Below, piece after piece: positions 17,101-48,598 of a stretch of DNA of 64,000 bases. This stretch comes from the human T2T-CHM13v2.0 reference genome, Homo sapiens: NCBI RefSeq assembly GCF_009914755.1, contig NC_060929.1, one strand, 5' to 3'. Below the pieces are notes generated by a model. It searched no databases and was not told where the DNA came from. It saw nothing but the letters and a program-made list of their open reading frames with translations. The number at the start of each line of letters is the position of its first letter. Position 1 is the stretch's first letter. The translations under genes were made by a program, and so were the position numbers.

Positions 17101-20100
17101 TTTCAGAGCACATTGAGGCCTATGGTAAAAATGGAAATAACTTTAAACAAAAATTAGAAAGAAGGTTTCTGAGAAACTGCTTTGTGATGTGTCCATTCAT
17201 CTCACAGAGTTAAACCTTTCTTTTGCTGGAGAAGTTTGTAAACACTGTAGTCGTAGAATCTGTGAAGGGATAGTTGGGAGTGGATTGAGGCCTAGGGTGA
17301 AAAGAAATATCTACAAAGAAAAACTAAAAAGAAGCTTTATGAAAAACTACTTTGTGATGTGTCCATTCATTTCAGAAAGATAAACCTTTCTTTTAATGGG
17401 GCTGTTTGGAATCATTGTTTCTGTAGAACCTGTGAAGGGATACTCGGGAGCACATTAAGGCTTGTGGTGAAAAGAAAAATGTCTTCAGAGAAAAACTAGA
17501 AGGAAGCCTTCTGAGAAACAGCTTTGTGATGTGTGCTTTTATCTCACAGAATCAAACCTGTCTTTTGGTGGAGCATTTTGGAAACACAGTTTTCATAGAG
17601 TCTGTGAAGGGATATTAGAAGAGCACAAGGAGGCCTATGGTGAAAAAAGAAACATATTCAAAGATGAACTAGAAAAAATTTTGTGAGAAACTGCTCTCTG
17701 ATGGGTGCATTCCTCTCACAGAGGTAAACTTTTCTTTTGATGGAGCAGTTTGGAAACACTATTTTTGCAAAACCTGGAAAGTGATATTATGTAGTGCAAA
17801 AAAACCTATGGTGAAAAAGGAAATAACTTCAGATAAAAACTGGAAAGAAGCATTATCAGAAACTGCTTTCTGATGTGTGCATTCATCTCACTGAGTTAAG
17901 TCCTTTTGATGGAACAGTTTGGAAGCTCTGTTTTTGAAGAAAATGTGAAGGGATATTTGGGAGCTCATTGAGGCATATGATAGAAAAGGAAATACGTTCA
18001 GGAAAGAAGTAGACAGAAGCTTTATAAGAAAGAAACTGCTTTGTGATGGGTGCATTCATGTCACAGAGTATAATTTTTCACTTGATTGAGCAGTTTGGAA
18101 ACACCATTATTTTTGTAGAATCTGTGTAGGAATATTTGGGAGCGCATTGAGGCCTAGGGTGAAATGGGAAATATCATCAGATAAAAACTAAAAAGAAGAT
18201 ATTTGAGAAACTGCTCTGTGATGTATGCATTCATCTCCCAGAGTTAAAACTTTTTTTCGTTATTCACTTTGGAAACAGTCTTTTTGTAGAATCTGCGAAG
18301 GGATATTTGACAGTGCAAGTGGCCTATGTTGAAAAAGGAAATAACTTCAGATAAAAATTAGAAGGAAGCTTACTGAGAAACCACTTTTTAATGTGTACAT
18401 TCTCCTGAGTTAAACGTTTGCTTTGATTGAACAGTTTGGAAACACTGTTTTTGTAGAATCTGCATAGAGATATTTCGGAGTGCACTGGTGCTTATGTTGA
18501 AAAAAGAAATATCTTTGGGTAAAAACTGGAAAAAAACTCTTTGAGAAACTGTTTTGTGATGTATGCATTCATATCACAGAGTTACTCCTTTCTTTTCTCT
18601 GAGCAGTTTGGAAACACAGTTTTTGTATAATCTGTGAAGTGATGTTAGGTAGCGCAAAATGGTCTATGGCAATCAAGGAAATATCTTCATAGAAAAACTG
18701 GAAGGAAAGGATATGAGAAACTCCTTTTTTATGTGTGCTTTCATCTTAAATAGTCAAAACCTTCTTTTAATGGAACAGTTCAGAAACACTGTTTTTATAG
18801 AATATCTGAAGGGATATTTGGAAGCGTGTTGAGCCCTATGGTGAACAAGGAAATATCTTCAGAGAAGACCTAGAAAGAAGCTATCTGAGGAACTGCTTTT
18901 TGATGTATGCATTCATCTCACAGAGTTAAGCCTTTCTTTTGATTGAGCAGTTTGGAAACACTGTTTTTGTAGAATCTGTAAAAGTATATTTGGGAGCACA
19001 CTAACGCCTATGGTAAAAGAGGAAATATCTTCAGATAAACACTAAAAATAATCTTTTTGAGAAACTACTTTCTGAATTATGCATTCATCTCACAGAGTCA
19101 AACATTTCCTTTTATTGAGCAGTTTGGAAACACTGTTTTTGTAGAATCTGCGAAGGGATATTTGGGAGTGCAGTGAAGCCTATGGTGATACAGAAAATAT
19201 CTTCAGATAAAAACTAGAAAGAAGCTTTTTGAGAAACTGCTTTGTGATGTGTGAATTGATCTCACAGAGTTAAAACTTCCTTTTGATGGAGCAGTTTGGA
19301 AACACTGCTTCTGAAAAATCTTCGAATCAATATTAAGTATCATAAAAAGCCTATGGTGAACAAGGAAATATCTTCAGATAAAAACTGGAAAGAAGTGATA
19401 TGAGAAACTGCTTTTGGATGTGTGCATTCATCTCACAGATTTAAGTCCTTCTTTTGATTGAGCAGTTTGGAAACTCTGTTCTTGTAGAATATGGGAAGGG
19501 ATATTAGGGAGTGCCTAGAAAGCTATGGTGGAAAAGGAAATATCTTCAGAGAAGAACTAGAGAGAAGCTTTCTGAGAAACTGCTTTGTGATGTGGGCATT
19601 CATCTCACAGAGTTACACCTTTCTTTTGATTGAGCAGTTTGGAATCTTGGTTTTTGTAGTATCTGTGAAGGGATATTTTGGAGAAACGGAAGGCTATGAT
19701 GAAAAAGGAAAGATCTTCAGATAATAACTAGAAAGAAGCTTTTTGACAAACTGCTTTGTGATGTGTGCATTATTTTCACACAGTTAAAACTTTCTTTTCA
19801 TTGATGAGTTTGGAAATACTTTTTTTGTAGTTTCTGCAAAGGGATATTTGGGAGCGCATGCAGCCTACAGTGAAAAAGGAAATAACTTCAGATAAAAACT
19901 AAAAAGAAGCTTTCTCTGAAACTGCTTTGTGATGTGTGCATTCCTCTCACAGAGGTAAACCTGTTTTTTGATTGAGCAGTTTGGAAGCCCTGTTTTTGTA
20001 GAATCTGCTAAGGGATATTTGGGAGTGCACAGATGCCTGGGTGAAAAAGGAAATGTCTTCAAAGAAAAACTAGAAAGAACCATTTTGAGAAACTGCTTTG

Positions 20101-23100
20101 TGATGTCTGCACTCATCTCAGAGAGTTAAACTTTTCCTTTGAGCAGTTTAGAAACACTGTTTTTGTATAATCTGTCAAGCGATGTTATGTAGTGGAAAAA
20201 CGCCAATGGTGAACAAGGAAATATCTTCAGATAAAAACTGGAAAGAAGCCTTATGAGAAACTGCTTTCCGATGTGTGCATTCATCTCACTGAGTTAAGTA
20301 CTTCTTTTGATGGAACATTTCAGAAACACTGTTTTTGTACAATCTGCGAAGGGAAATCTCAGAGTGCATTGAGGCATTCAGTGGTAAAGGAAATACATTC
20401 AGAGGAGAACTAGACAGAAGTTATCTGAGAAGTTGCTTTGTGACATGTGCATTATCTCAAAGAGTTTAGCTATTCTTTTGATGGAGCAGTTTAGAAACCC
20501 TTTTTTTATAGACTCTGCAATGATTGATATATTTGGGAGCACACTGAGGCCTATGGTGAAAAAAGAAATATCTTTGAATAAAACATAGAAAGAAGCCATT
20601 TGAGAAACTGCTTTGTGATGTGTGCTTTCATCTCACAGAGGTAAAACTTTTTTTTGATTGAGCTGTTTGGAAACATTGCTTTTGTAGAATCTGCAATGGG
20701 AGATTTGAAAAAACAGGTAGGCCTATGATGAAAAGAGAAATATCTTTAGATAAATACAAGAAGGAAGCTTTCTGAGAAACTGCTTTCTGATGTGTGCATT
20801 CATCTAACAGAGTTAAATCTTTCTTTCGACTCAGCAGTTTGGAAACACATTTTTTGCAAAATCTGTGAAGAGAAATTAGGTAGTGCAAAAAAAGCCTACG
20901 GTGAAAAAGGAAATATCTTCAGACAAAAACTGGAAAGCATTATGAGAAACTGATTTCTGATGGGTGCGTTCATCTCACAGAGTTAAGTCCTTCTATTCAT
21001 GGAACAGTTTGGAAACAGTGTTTTTGTAGAATCTGCGAAGGGATATTTGGGAGTGCATTGAGACCTGTGGTGGAAAAGGAAATATCCTTAGTGAAGAACT
21101 AGGCAGAAGCTTTCTTTGAAACTACTTTGTGATATGTGCATTCTTCTCACAGAGTTAAAACTTTCTTTTGATTCAGCAGTTTGGAACACTCTTTTTGTAG
21201 AATCTGCGAAGGGATATTTGGAGTGCATAGAAGCCTACATTAAAAAGAAAATATCTTCAGATAAAAACTAGAAAGAAGCTTTTTGAGAAATTGCTTTTTG
21301 ATGTGTGCATTCATCTCACAGAGTTAAACCTTCCTTTTGATTATTCAATTTGGAAAAACTTTCTGTAGAATCTGTGAAGGGATATTTCACAGTGCATGAA
21401 GCCTATGGTGAAAAAGGAAGTAACTTCCTATAAAAACTAGAAAGAAGAAAGAAGCTTTCTGAGAATCTGCTTTGTGATGTGTGCATTCTTCTCACAGAGA
21501 TAATCGTTTCTTTTGATTTAGCATTTTGGAATCACTGTTTGTGTAGAATCTGCCAAGAGATATTTGGGAGCATACTGATGCCTATGGTGAAAAAGGAAAT
21601 ATCTTTGGATAAACACTAGAATATTTTCGAGAAACTGCTTCATGATTTATGAATTCATCTCATAAATTTAAACCTTTATTTTGACTGAGCAGTTTGGAAA
21701 CACTGTTTTTGCAAAATCTGCGAAGCGATATAAGGTAGGGCGAAAAAGCCAGCTGTCAACAAGGAAATATCTTCAGATAAAAACTCAAGGAGGCATTATG
21801 AGAAACAGCTTTCTGATGTGTGCGTACAACTCAGAGAGTTATGTCCTTCTTTTGATGGAACAGTTTAGCAACACTTCCTTTGTAGAATCTGCGAAGGGAT
21901 ATTTGGGAACATATTGAGGCTTAAGGGGGAAAAGGAAATATCTTCAGAAAAGAACCAGACAGAAGCTTTCTGAGAAACTGCTTTGTGAAGTGTGCATTCA
22001 TCTAACATAGTTAAACCTTTATTTGGTTGAGAAGTTTGGAAACATTGTTTTTGCAGAATCTCCCATGGGATATGTGGGAGCACATTGAAACCTATGGTGA
22101 TGAAGGAAATATTTTTGGATACAAACTAGAAAGAAGCTTTTTGAGAAACTGCTTTGTGATGTGTGCATTTACCTCACAGAGTTAAACATTACTTTTGACT
22201 GAGCCGTTTGGAAACACTGTTTTTGCAAAATCTGTGAAAAAATATTAGGTAGCACAAAAATGCCTATGGTGAGAAAGGAAATATCTTCAGATAAAATTAG
22301 GAAAGAAGCATTATGAGAGACTGCTTTCTGTTGTGTGCATTCATCTCACAGAGTTAAGTCCTTCTTTTTATGGAACAGTTTGTAAACACTGTTTTTGCAG
22401 AATCTGCGAAGGGGCGCTTGGGAGCACATTGAAGCCTATGGCGAAAAAGGAAATATCTTCAGAGAAGAACCAGACCAAAGGTCTCTTAGAAACTGCTTTG
22501 TGATGGGTGTATTCATTTCAGAGAGTCAAACTTCTTTTGATTGAGAAGTTTTGAAACACTGTTTTTGTAGAATCTACAAAAGCATAATTAGAATCACATT
22601 GAAGCCTATGATGAAAAAGGAAATACCTTCAGATAAAAACTTGAAAGAAGCGTTATGGCAAATTGCTTTACAATGTGTGTATTCACTCAGAGAATTAAGT
22701 CCTTCTTTTGATGGAACAGTTTGGAAACACTGTTTTTGTGGAATCAGGGACAGGATATTTGGGAGCACATGGAGGTCTATGGTGGAAATAGAAGTATCTT
22801 CAGAGAAGAACAAGATAGAAGCTTTCTGAGAATCTGCTTTGTGACGTGTGCATTCATCTCACAGAGTTAAATATTTCTTTTGATTCAGCAGTTTGGACAC
22901 ACTGTTTATGTAGAATCTGCGAAGGGTTATTTGGGAGCACGTTGATGCCTACAGTGAAAAAGGATACAACTTCACATAAAAACTAGAAAAAAGCTTTTTG
23001 AGAAACTGCTTTGTGATGTGTGTATTCATCTCACAGAGTTAAAAGTTTCTTTTGATTGATCAGCTTGGAAACACTGTTTTAGTAGCATCTGCAAAGGGAT

Positions 23101-26100
23101 ATTTGGGAGCACAAGAGGCCTATGGTGAAAAAGGAAATAACTTCAGATAAGAACTAGAAAGAACCTTTCTGAGAAACTTCTTTGTGATGAGCTCATTCTT
23201 CTCACAGTGTTAAACATTCCTTTTAACGGAGCTGTTTGGAAGCACTGCTTACATAGAATCTGCAAAGTGATATTTTGGAGTGCAAGACTCCTATGGTGAA
23301 AAAGGAAATAGCTTGAGAGAAAAACTAGAAAGAAGCTTTCTGAGAAACTGCTATGTGATGTGTGCATTCTTTTCACATAGTTAAACTTCTCTTTTCATTG
23401 AGCTGTTTGAAAACACTGTTTTTGTAGAATCTGCAAAGTGATATTTGGGAGCACATGGATACCTTTGGTGAAAAAGGAGATATCTTTGGATAAAAACTAG
23501 GAAGAAGCTCTTTAGAATACTACTTTGTGAGAGATGCATTCATCTCAAAGGGTTAAGCTTTTCTTTTGGTTGAACACTTTGGAAGCACTTTTTTGTGTAT
23601 AATCTGTGTAGAGAGGTTAGGTAGTGCAAAAGGCCCATGTTGAAAAGGAAGTATCTTTAGATAAAAATTGTAAAGGAGCATTATGAGAAATGGCATTCTG
23701 ATACATGTGTTCATCTCACAGAATTAAGTCCTTCTTTCAATGGAACAGGTTGAAAACACTGTTTTGTAGTATCTGAGAGTGGATATTTGTGAGCAAATGG
23801 AGGCCTATGGTGGAAAAGGAAATATCTTGAGAGAAGAACTAGAGAGAAGCTTTATGAGAAACTGCTTCATGATGTGTGCATTCATCTCACAGAGTAAAAC
23901 CTTTCTTTTGATTGAGCAATTTGATAACAATGTTTTTGTAGAATCTGCGAAGGGATATTTGGGAGCACATTGAAGCTTCTGGTGAAAAAGGAAATATTTT
24001 TGGATAGAAATTAGAAAGAAGCTTTTAGAGAAACTGCTTTGTGATGTGTGCATTCATCTCATAGAGTTAAATATTTCCTTTGATTGATGAGTTTGGAAGC
24101 ACAGTTTTTGGAGAATCTGCAAGGGGATATATGGGAGTGAAAGAGGTATAAAGTGAAAAAGGAAATAATTTCTGATTAAAACTAAAAAGAAGCTTTCTGA
24201 GAAACTGCTTTGTGATGAGTGCATTTTTCTCACAGACTTAAAAGTTTCTTTTCATTGAGCAGTTTGGAAACACTGTTTACATAGAATCTGGAAAGGGATA
24301 TTTGGCTGGGCACCGATGCCTATGGTGGAAAAGGAAATATGTTTGGATAAACACTATAAAGAATGTTTTTGAGAAACTTCTTTGTGATGTGTGCATTCAA
24401 CACAGAGTTAAAACTTTCCTTTCATAGAGCAGTTTGGAAACACTGATTTTGTAGAATCTATGAAGGGATATTTTGGAGCACATAGAGGCCTATGGTGGAA
24501 AAGGAAATATCTTCAGAGAAGAACTAGACAGAAGCTTTCTGAGAAAAAGTTTGTGCTGTGTGCATTCGTCTCATAGAGTTAAACCATTCTTTTGATTGAT
24601 CAGTTTGGAAACACAGTTTTTGTAGAATCTGTGAAGGGATATTTGGGAGCACATGAGGCATATGGTGAAAAAAGGAAATAACTTCAGATAAAATTGGAAA
24701 TGCTGTTTTTGCAGAATCTCTGAAGGGATATTTGGGAGCACAGGAGGCATATGGTGAAAAAGGAAATAACTTGAGATAAAAAGTAGAAAGAAGCTTTCTG
24801 ATAAACCACTTTGTGGTGTGTACATTCTTCTCACAGTGTTAAAAGTCTCTTTTGAGGAGTTTGGAAATACTGTTTTTGTAGTATCTGCAAAGGGATATTT
24901 GGGAGTGCAATGATGCATTTGGTGAAAAAGGAAATATCTTGAGAGAAAAGTAGAAAGAAGCTTTTTGAGAAACTGCTTTGTGATGTATGCTTTCATATCA
25001 CAGATAAACATTTATTTTACCTGAGCAGTTTCAAAACACTGTTTTTCTATAATCTGTGAAGCGATGTTAGATAGCACAAAAAGGCAAATGTTGAACAAGG
25101 AAATATCTTCAGATAATAACAGGAAAGAAACGTTATGAGAAATTGCTTTCTGATGTGTGCATTCATCTCACAGAGTTAAATCCTTCTTTGATGGAACAGT
25201 TCAGAAGCACTGCTTTTATAGAATCTATGAGAGAATATTTGAGAGTGCATTGAGGCCAATGATGGCAAAGGAAATATCTTAAGAGAAGAATTAGACATAA
25301 GCTTTTTGAGAAACTGCTTTGTGATGTGTGCACTCAACTCAGGGAGTTAAACCTGTTTTTTGATTGAGGAGTTTGAAACACTGTTTATGTAAAATCTGCG
25401 ATGGGATATTTGTAAGCACATTGAATCTAATTGGGAAAAGGAAATATCTTTGCATAAAAAATAGAAAGAAGCTCTTTGAGAAACTGCATTGTGATGTGTG
25501 CATTCATCTCACAGAGTTGAACTTTCTTTTGATTGATCAGTATGAAAACACCGTTTTTGTAGAATCTGTGAGGGGATATATTGGAGTGCATGGAAGCCTA
25601 TGGTCAAAAAGGAAATATCTTAGGACAAAAACTAGAAAGAAACCTTCTGAGAAACTGCTTTGTGATGAGTCCATTCATCTCACAGAGTTAAACCTTTCTT
25701 TGGACTGAGCAATTTGGAAACATCATTTTGCAAAATCTGTGAAGTGATATTAGGTAGCGCATAAATGCCTATGGTGAACAACAAAATATCTTTAGATAAG
25801 AACTGGAAATAAACGTTCTGAGAAACTGCGTTGTGATGTGTGCATTCATCTGACAGACTTAAGTTCTTCTTTTGAAGGAACAGTTTGGAAACAGTGTTTT
25901 TGCAAAATCTGCAAAGCAATATTAGATAGCACAAGAAAGACTATGGTGAAAAAGGAAATATCTTCAGATAAAAACTGGAAAGAAGAGTTATGAGAAACTG
26001 CTTTCTAATGTGTGCATTCTTCTCACAGAGTTAAGTACTTCTTTTGATGGAACAGTTTGGAAACATTGTTTTTGTAGAAAATGCAAAGGGATATTTGGGA

Positions 26101-29100
26101 GCACATTGAGGACTAAGGTGGAAGAGGAAATATCCTCAGAGCAGAACTAGACAGAAGCTTTCTGAGAAACTACTTTGTGATGTGCGTATTCATCTAACAG
26201 AGGTAAACCATTCTTTTGGTTGAGCAGTTTGGAAACACTGGTTTTGTAGAAACTTTGAAGGGATATTTGGGAGCACATTGAAGTCTATGGTGAAAAAAGG
26301 AATATCTTCAGATAAAAACCAGAAGAAGATTTTGAGAAACTGCTTTGGGATGTGGGCATTCAACTCAGAGAGTTAAAGCTGGGTTTTGATTAAGCAGTTT
26401 GGAAACACTGTTTTTGCAGAATCTGCAATGGGATATTTGGGAGCACATTGAAGCCCATGGAGATAAAGGAATTATCTTCAGATAAAAACCAGAAAGGAGC
26501 TTTTTGAGAAACTGCTTTGTGATGTTTGCATTCATATCACAAAGTTAAAACTTCCTTTTGATTGAGCAGTCTGGAAACACTGGTTTTGTAGAATCTGAGA
26601 ATTGATGTTTAGTAGCACAAAAATGCCTATGTTGAACAAGGAAATATCTTCAGATAAAAAATGGAAAGAAGCATTATGAGAAATGGCTTTCTGATGTGTG
26701 TGTTCATCTCACAGAATTAAAGCCTTCTTCTGATGGAACAGTTCAAAAATACAGTTTTTATAGAATCTGCGAAGGGATATTTTGGCCACATTCAGGTCTA
26801 TGGTGGAAAAGGAAGTATCTTCAGAATAGAACAAGATAGAACTTATCTGAGAAATTGCCTTATAATGTGTGCATTTATCTCACAGAGTTAAGCCTTTCTT
26901 TGGATTGAGCAGTTTGGAAACACTGTTTTTGCAGAATCTGAGAAGGGATATTTGGGAGCACAATGATGCCTATGGTGAAAAAGGAAATATATATGGATAA
27001 AAACTAGAAAGAGGTATTTTGAGAAACTGCTTTGTGATGTAGGCATTTATCTCACAGAGTTAAACTTTTCTGTTCACTGTGTAGATTGGAGACATTGTTT
27101 TTTTATAGTCTGTGAAGCGATGTTAGGTAACGTAAAAAGGCCTATGATGAAGAAGGAAATATGTTCAGATTAAAAATTGGAAAGAACTATTATGGGAAAC
27201 TGCTTTCTGATGTATGCGTTCATCTCACAGAGGTAAATCTTTCTTTTCATGGAACAGTTTGCAAACAGTTTGTGTAGAATCTGCAAAGGATATTTGGGAG
27301 TGCATTGAAGCCTATGGTGGAAAAGGGAATATCTTGAGAAGAAATAGAAGGAAGCTATCGAGAAACTGTTTTGATAGGTGTGCATTCATCTCACAGAGTT
27401 AAACCTTTCTGTTCATTGAGCAGTTTGGAAACACTGTTTTTGTAGAATCTGTGAAGTTATATTTTAAAGTGCACTGAGGCTTATGGTGAAAAAGATAAAA
27501 ACAGGAAAGAATCTTTTGAGAAACTACTATATGGTGTCTGCCCTCATCTCACAGAATTAAATGTGATTTTTGATTGAGCACTTTAGAAACACTCTTTTAG
27601 TAGAAATTACAATGGTATATTTTGGGGCACATTGAAGCCTGTGGTGGAAAAGTAATTATCTTCAGAGAGGAACTAGACAGAAGCTTTCTGAGAAACTACT
27701 TTGTGAAGTGTGCATTCATCTCAAAGAGTTAAAACTTTATTTTGATTGAGCTGTTTGGAAACATTAATTTGCACATCCTGTGAAAGGATATTTGGGAGCA
27801 CATTTAAGCCTATGGCAATAAGGGAAACATCTTCTGATAAAAACTAGAAAGAAGCTTTTAGAGAACCTGCTTTTCATTGATCAGTTTGGAAACACTGCTT
27901 TTGTAGAATCTGTAAAGTGATATTTGGAGTGCACGAACCCGATTGTGAAAAAGGAAATAACTTCTGATAAAAACTAGAGAGAAGCTTTCTGAGAAACAGC
28001 TTCATGAAGAGTTTATTCTTCTAATAGACTTAAACATTTCTTTTGATTGAGCAGTTTGGAAACACTTTTTACATCAAATCTGAAAAGGGACATTTGGGAG
28101 TGCATAGATGCCCATGGTGAAAAAGGAAATACCTTCGGATAAAAACTAGAATGATGGTTTTTGAGAAAATGCTGTGTGATACATGCATTCATCTCACAGA
28201 GATAAACCTTTCTTTTGACAGAGCAGTTGGGAAACACAGCTTTTGCAAAATCTGTGAAGCGACATTCAGTAGCACAAAAAAAGCCTATGGTGAAACAAGA
28301 AATCTCTTCAGATAAAAATTGGAAAGAAGCATTATGAGAAACTGCTTTCTAATGTGAGCATTCATCTCACAGAATTAAGTCCTTCTTTTGATGGAACAGT
28401 TTGGAAACACTGTTTTTTTAGAATATGCGAAGGCATATTTTAGAGCTCAGTGAGCCCTAAGATGGAAAAAGAAATATCTTCAGAGGAGAACTAGACAGAA
28501 GCTTTCTGAGAAACTGCTTTGTCATGTGTGTATTCATCTCACAGTGTAAAACCTTTCATTTTATTGAGAAGTTTGGAAACTCTGTTTTACTGGATTCTGT
28601 GAAGGGTATCTGGGAATGCATTGAAGACTACAGTGAAAAAGGAAATTACTTCAGACAAAAACAAGAAAGAAACTTTGACAAACTGCTTTGTGATGTGTGG
28701 ATACATCTCACAGAGTTAAACCTTTCTTTTGATTGAGAAGTTTGGAAACACTGTTTTTGTAGGATCTGTGAAGGGATATTTGGGAGCACACTGCTTCTTA
28801 TGGTGAAAAAGGATGTCTTCCGATAAAACTGGAAAGAAGTATTTCGAGAAACCACTTTGTGACACGTGCATTCATCTCACAGAGTTAAACTTTTCTTTTG
28901 ACTGAACACTTTGGAAACATTGTTTTTGTATACTCTGTGAAGCGATGTTATGTAGCGCAAAAGGCCTAAGTTGAACAAGGAAATATCTTCAGATACAAAC
29001 TGGAAAGAAGCGTTATGAGAAACTGCTTTCAATTTGTGCATTCTTTTCTCACACTTAAATCGTACTTTTGATAGTACAGTTTGGAAACACTGCCTTTGTA

Positions 29101-31733
29101 GGATCTGCAAAGGGATATTTGGGAGCACTTTGATGCCTATAGGGGAAAAAGAAATATCTTCAGAGAAATAGACAGAAGCTTTCTGAGAAACAGCTTTGTG
29201 ATGTGTGCATTCATCTCACAGAGTTAAACCTTTCTTTGGTTGAGGAGTTTTGAAACACTGCTTTAATAGAATATGCAAAGGGGTATTTAGAGCACATTGA
29301 AGCCTATGGTGAAAAAGGAAATATCTTCAGATGAAAACTAGAATGAAGATTTTTGAGAAACTGCTATGTGACGTGTGCATTCATCTCACAGAATTAAACA
29401 TTTCTTATGCGTGATCAGTTTGGAAAAACTGTTTTGTAGAACCTGTGAAGGGATATTTCGGAGCACACAAGACCTATGGTGAAAAAGGAAATGATTTCAG
29501 ATAAAAACTATAAAGAAGCTTTCTGAGAAATAGCTTTGTGATGAGTGCATTCTTCTCACAGACTTACACATTTCTTTTGATTGAGCAGCTTGGAAACACT
29601 GTTTATGGAGAATCTGCAAAGGGATATTTGGGAGTGCATTGACTCCTATGGTGAATAAGGAAATATCTTTGGATAAAAACTTGAAGGAAGGTTTTTGAAA
29701 AACTGCTTTGTGATGTATGCGTTCATCTCACAGAGTTAAACTTTTCTTCTAAATGAGCAATTTGCAAACACTGTTTTGGTGTAATCTGCGAAGTGATGTT
29801 AGGTAGTGTAAAAAGGCCTATGTAGAACAAGGAAATACCATCAGATACATTATGAAAAGCTGCTTTATGATGTGTGCATTAATCTCACAGAGTTAAATCC
29901 TTCTTTGATAGAACATTTCAGAAACACTGTTTATAGAGAATCTGAGAAGCGATATTTGGCAGTGCTTTGAAGCCTATGATGGAAAAGGAAATATCTTCAG
30001 AGAAGAACTAGACAGAAGCTATCTGAGAAACTGCTTTCTGATGTGTGCATTCATCTCATGGAGATAAACCTTTCATTTTATTGAGCAGTTTGGAAATACT
30101 GTTTTGTAGTATCAGCAAATGTATATTTGGGAGCACACTGGGGCCTATGGTGATAAAGGAAATATCTTCAGATAAAAATTAGAAAGAAATTTTTCCAAAA
30201 CTGCTTTGTGATGTGTGCATTCAACTTATAGAGTTAAACCTGTTTTTGCTTGAGCAGATTGGAAACACTGTTTTTGTGGACTCTGCAATGGGATATTTGA
30301 GAGCACATTGAACCCTATGGTGAGAAAGAAAGTATCTTTGGAGAAAAACCAGAAAGAAGCATTATGAGAAAGAGCTTTGTGATGTGTGCATTCATCTTAC
30401 AGAATTAAAACTTTCTTTTGAGTGAGCAGTGTGGAAACACAATTATTGCAAATTCTGTGAAGTGATACTAGGTATCACAAAAAAGCCTACGGTGAAAAAG
30501 GAAATATCTTCAGATAAAAAATTGAAAGAAGGGTTATGAGAAATGTTTTCTAGTGTGTGCATTCATCTCACAGAGTTAAGTCCTTCTTTTGATGGAACAG
30601 TTTGGAACCACTGTTTTTGTAGAATCTGCAAGGGATATTTTGGAGCAAACTGAGGCTTATGATGGAAAAGGAAATATCTTCAGAGAGGAGCTACACAGAA
30701 ACTTTCTGAGAAACTGCTTTGTGATGTGTGTATTCATCTCAAAGAGTAAAACCTTTCTTTTGATGATTGAGAACTTTTGAAACACCGTTTTTGTATGATG
30801 TAAGAAGGGATATTTGGGACTGCATTGAAGCCTACAGTGAAAAAGGAAATATCTTTGGATAAAAATGAGAAGGAAACTTTTTGACAAATTGCTTTGTGAT
30901 GCGTGGATTCATCTCACAGAGTTAAACCTTTCTTTTGATTGGTCAGTTTGGAAGCACTCTTTTTGTAGAATTTCTAAAGGGATTTTTGGGAATGCATGAA
31001 GCCAAAGTTGAAAGTGGAAATAACTTCAGATAAAAAGTAGAAGGAAGATTTCTAAGAAACTGCTTTGTGACAAGGGCATTCTTCTCACAGTTTTAAACGC
31101 TTGTTTTGATTGAGCAGTTTGGAAACACAGTTTTCATAGAATCTGCAAAGGGATATTTTGTATCTCACTGATTCCTATGGTGAAAAAGTATATATTCAGA
31201 TAAAACTAGAAAAAAGCATTTTGAGAAACAGCTTTGTGATATGTCCATTCATCTCACAGAGTAAAACTTTAGTTTTAAGTGACCAGTTTGAAAACACTAT
31301 TTTTGTATAATCTACAAAGTGATGTTAGGTAGAGCAAAATGGACTACAGTGAACAAGGAAATATGTTTAGATAAAAACTGGAAAGAAGTACTATGAGAAA
31401 CCGCATTCAGAAGTGTGCATTCATCTGATACAGTTAAATCCTTCTTTTGAAGGAACAGTTCAGAAACACTGTCTTTATAGAATCTGTGAATAGATATTTG
31501 GTAGCACTTTGAAGCCTATGATGGAAAAGGAAATATCTTCAGAGAATAAGTAGACAGAATCTGTCTGAGAAATTGCTTTGTGATGTATGCATTCATCTGA
31601 GTCAAACTTTTCTTTTGATTGTGCTGCTGGAAACACTGCTTTTGTAGAATATGCAAAGGGATATTTCAGAGCCCATTGAAGCCTATGGTGACAAAGAAAA
31701 TACCTCTGAATAAAAACTAGAAAGAAGCTTTTT
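11106..31733 (+). repeat. Diverged alpha satellite array
   Basis: Continuous ~171-bp monomers with pJ-alpha-like ctatggtgaaaaaggaa boxes; no CENP-B box (TTCG....A..CGGG) noticed. Confidence 0.97.
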
Positions 31734-48596
<16,863 letters not shown>

Positions 48597-48598
<2 letters not shown>

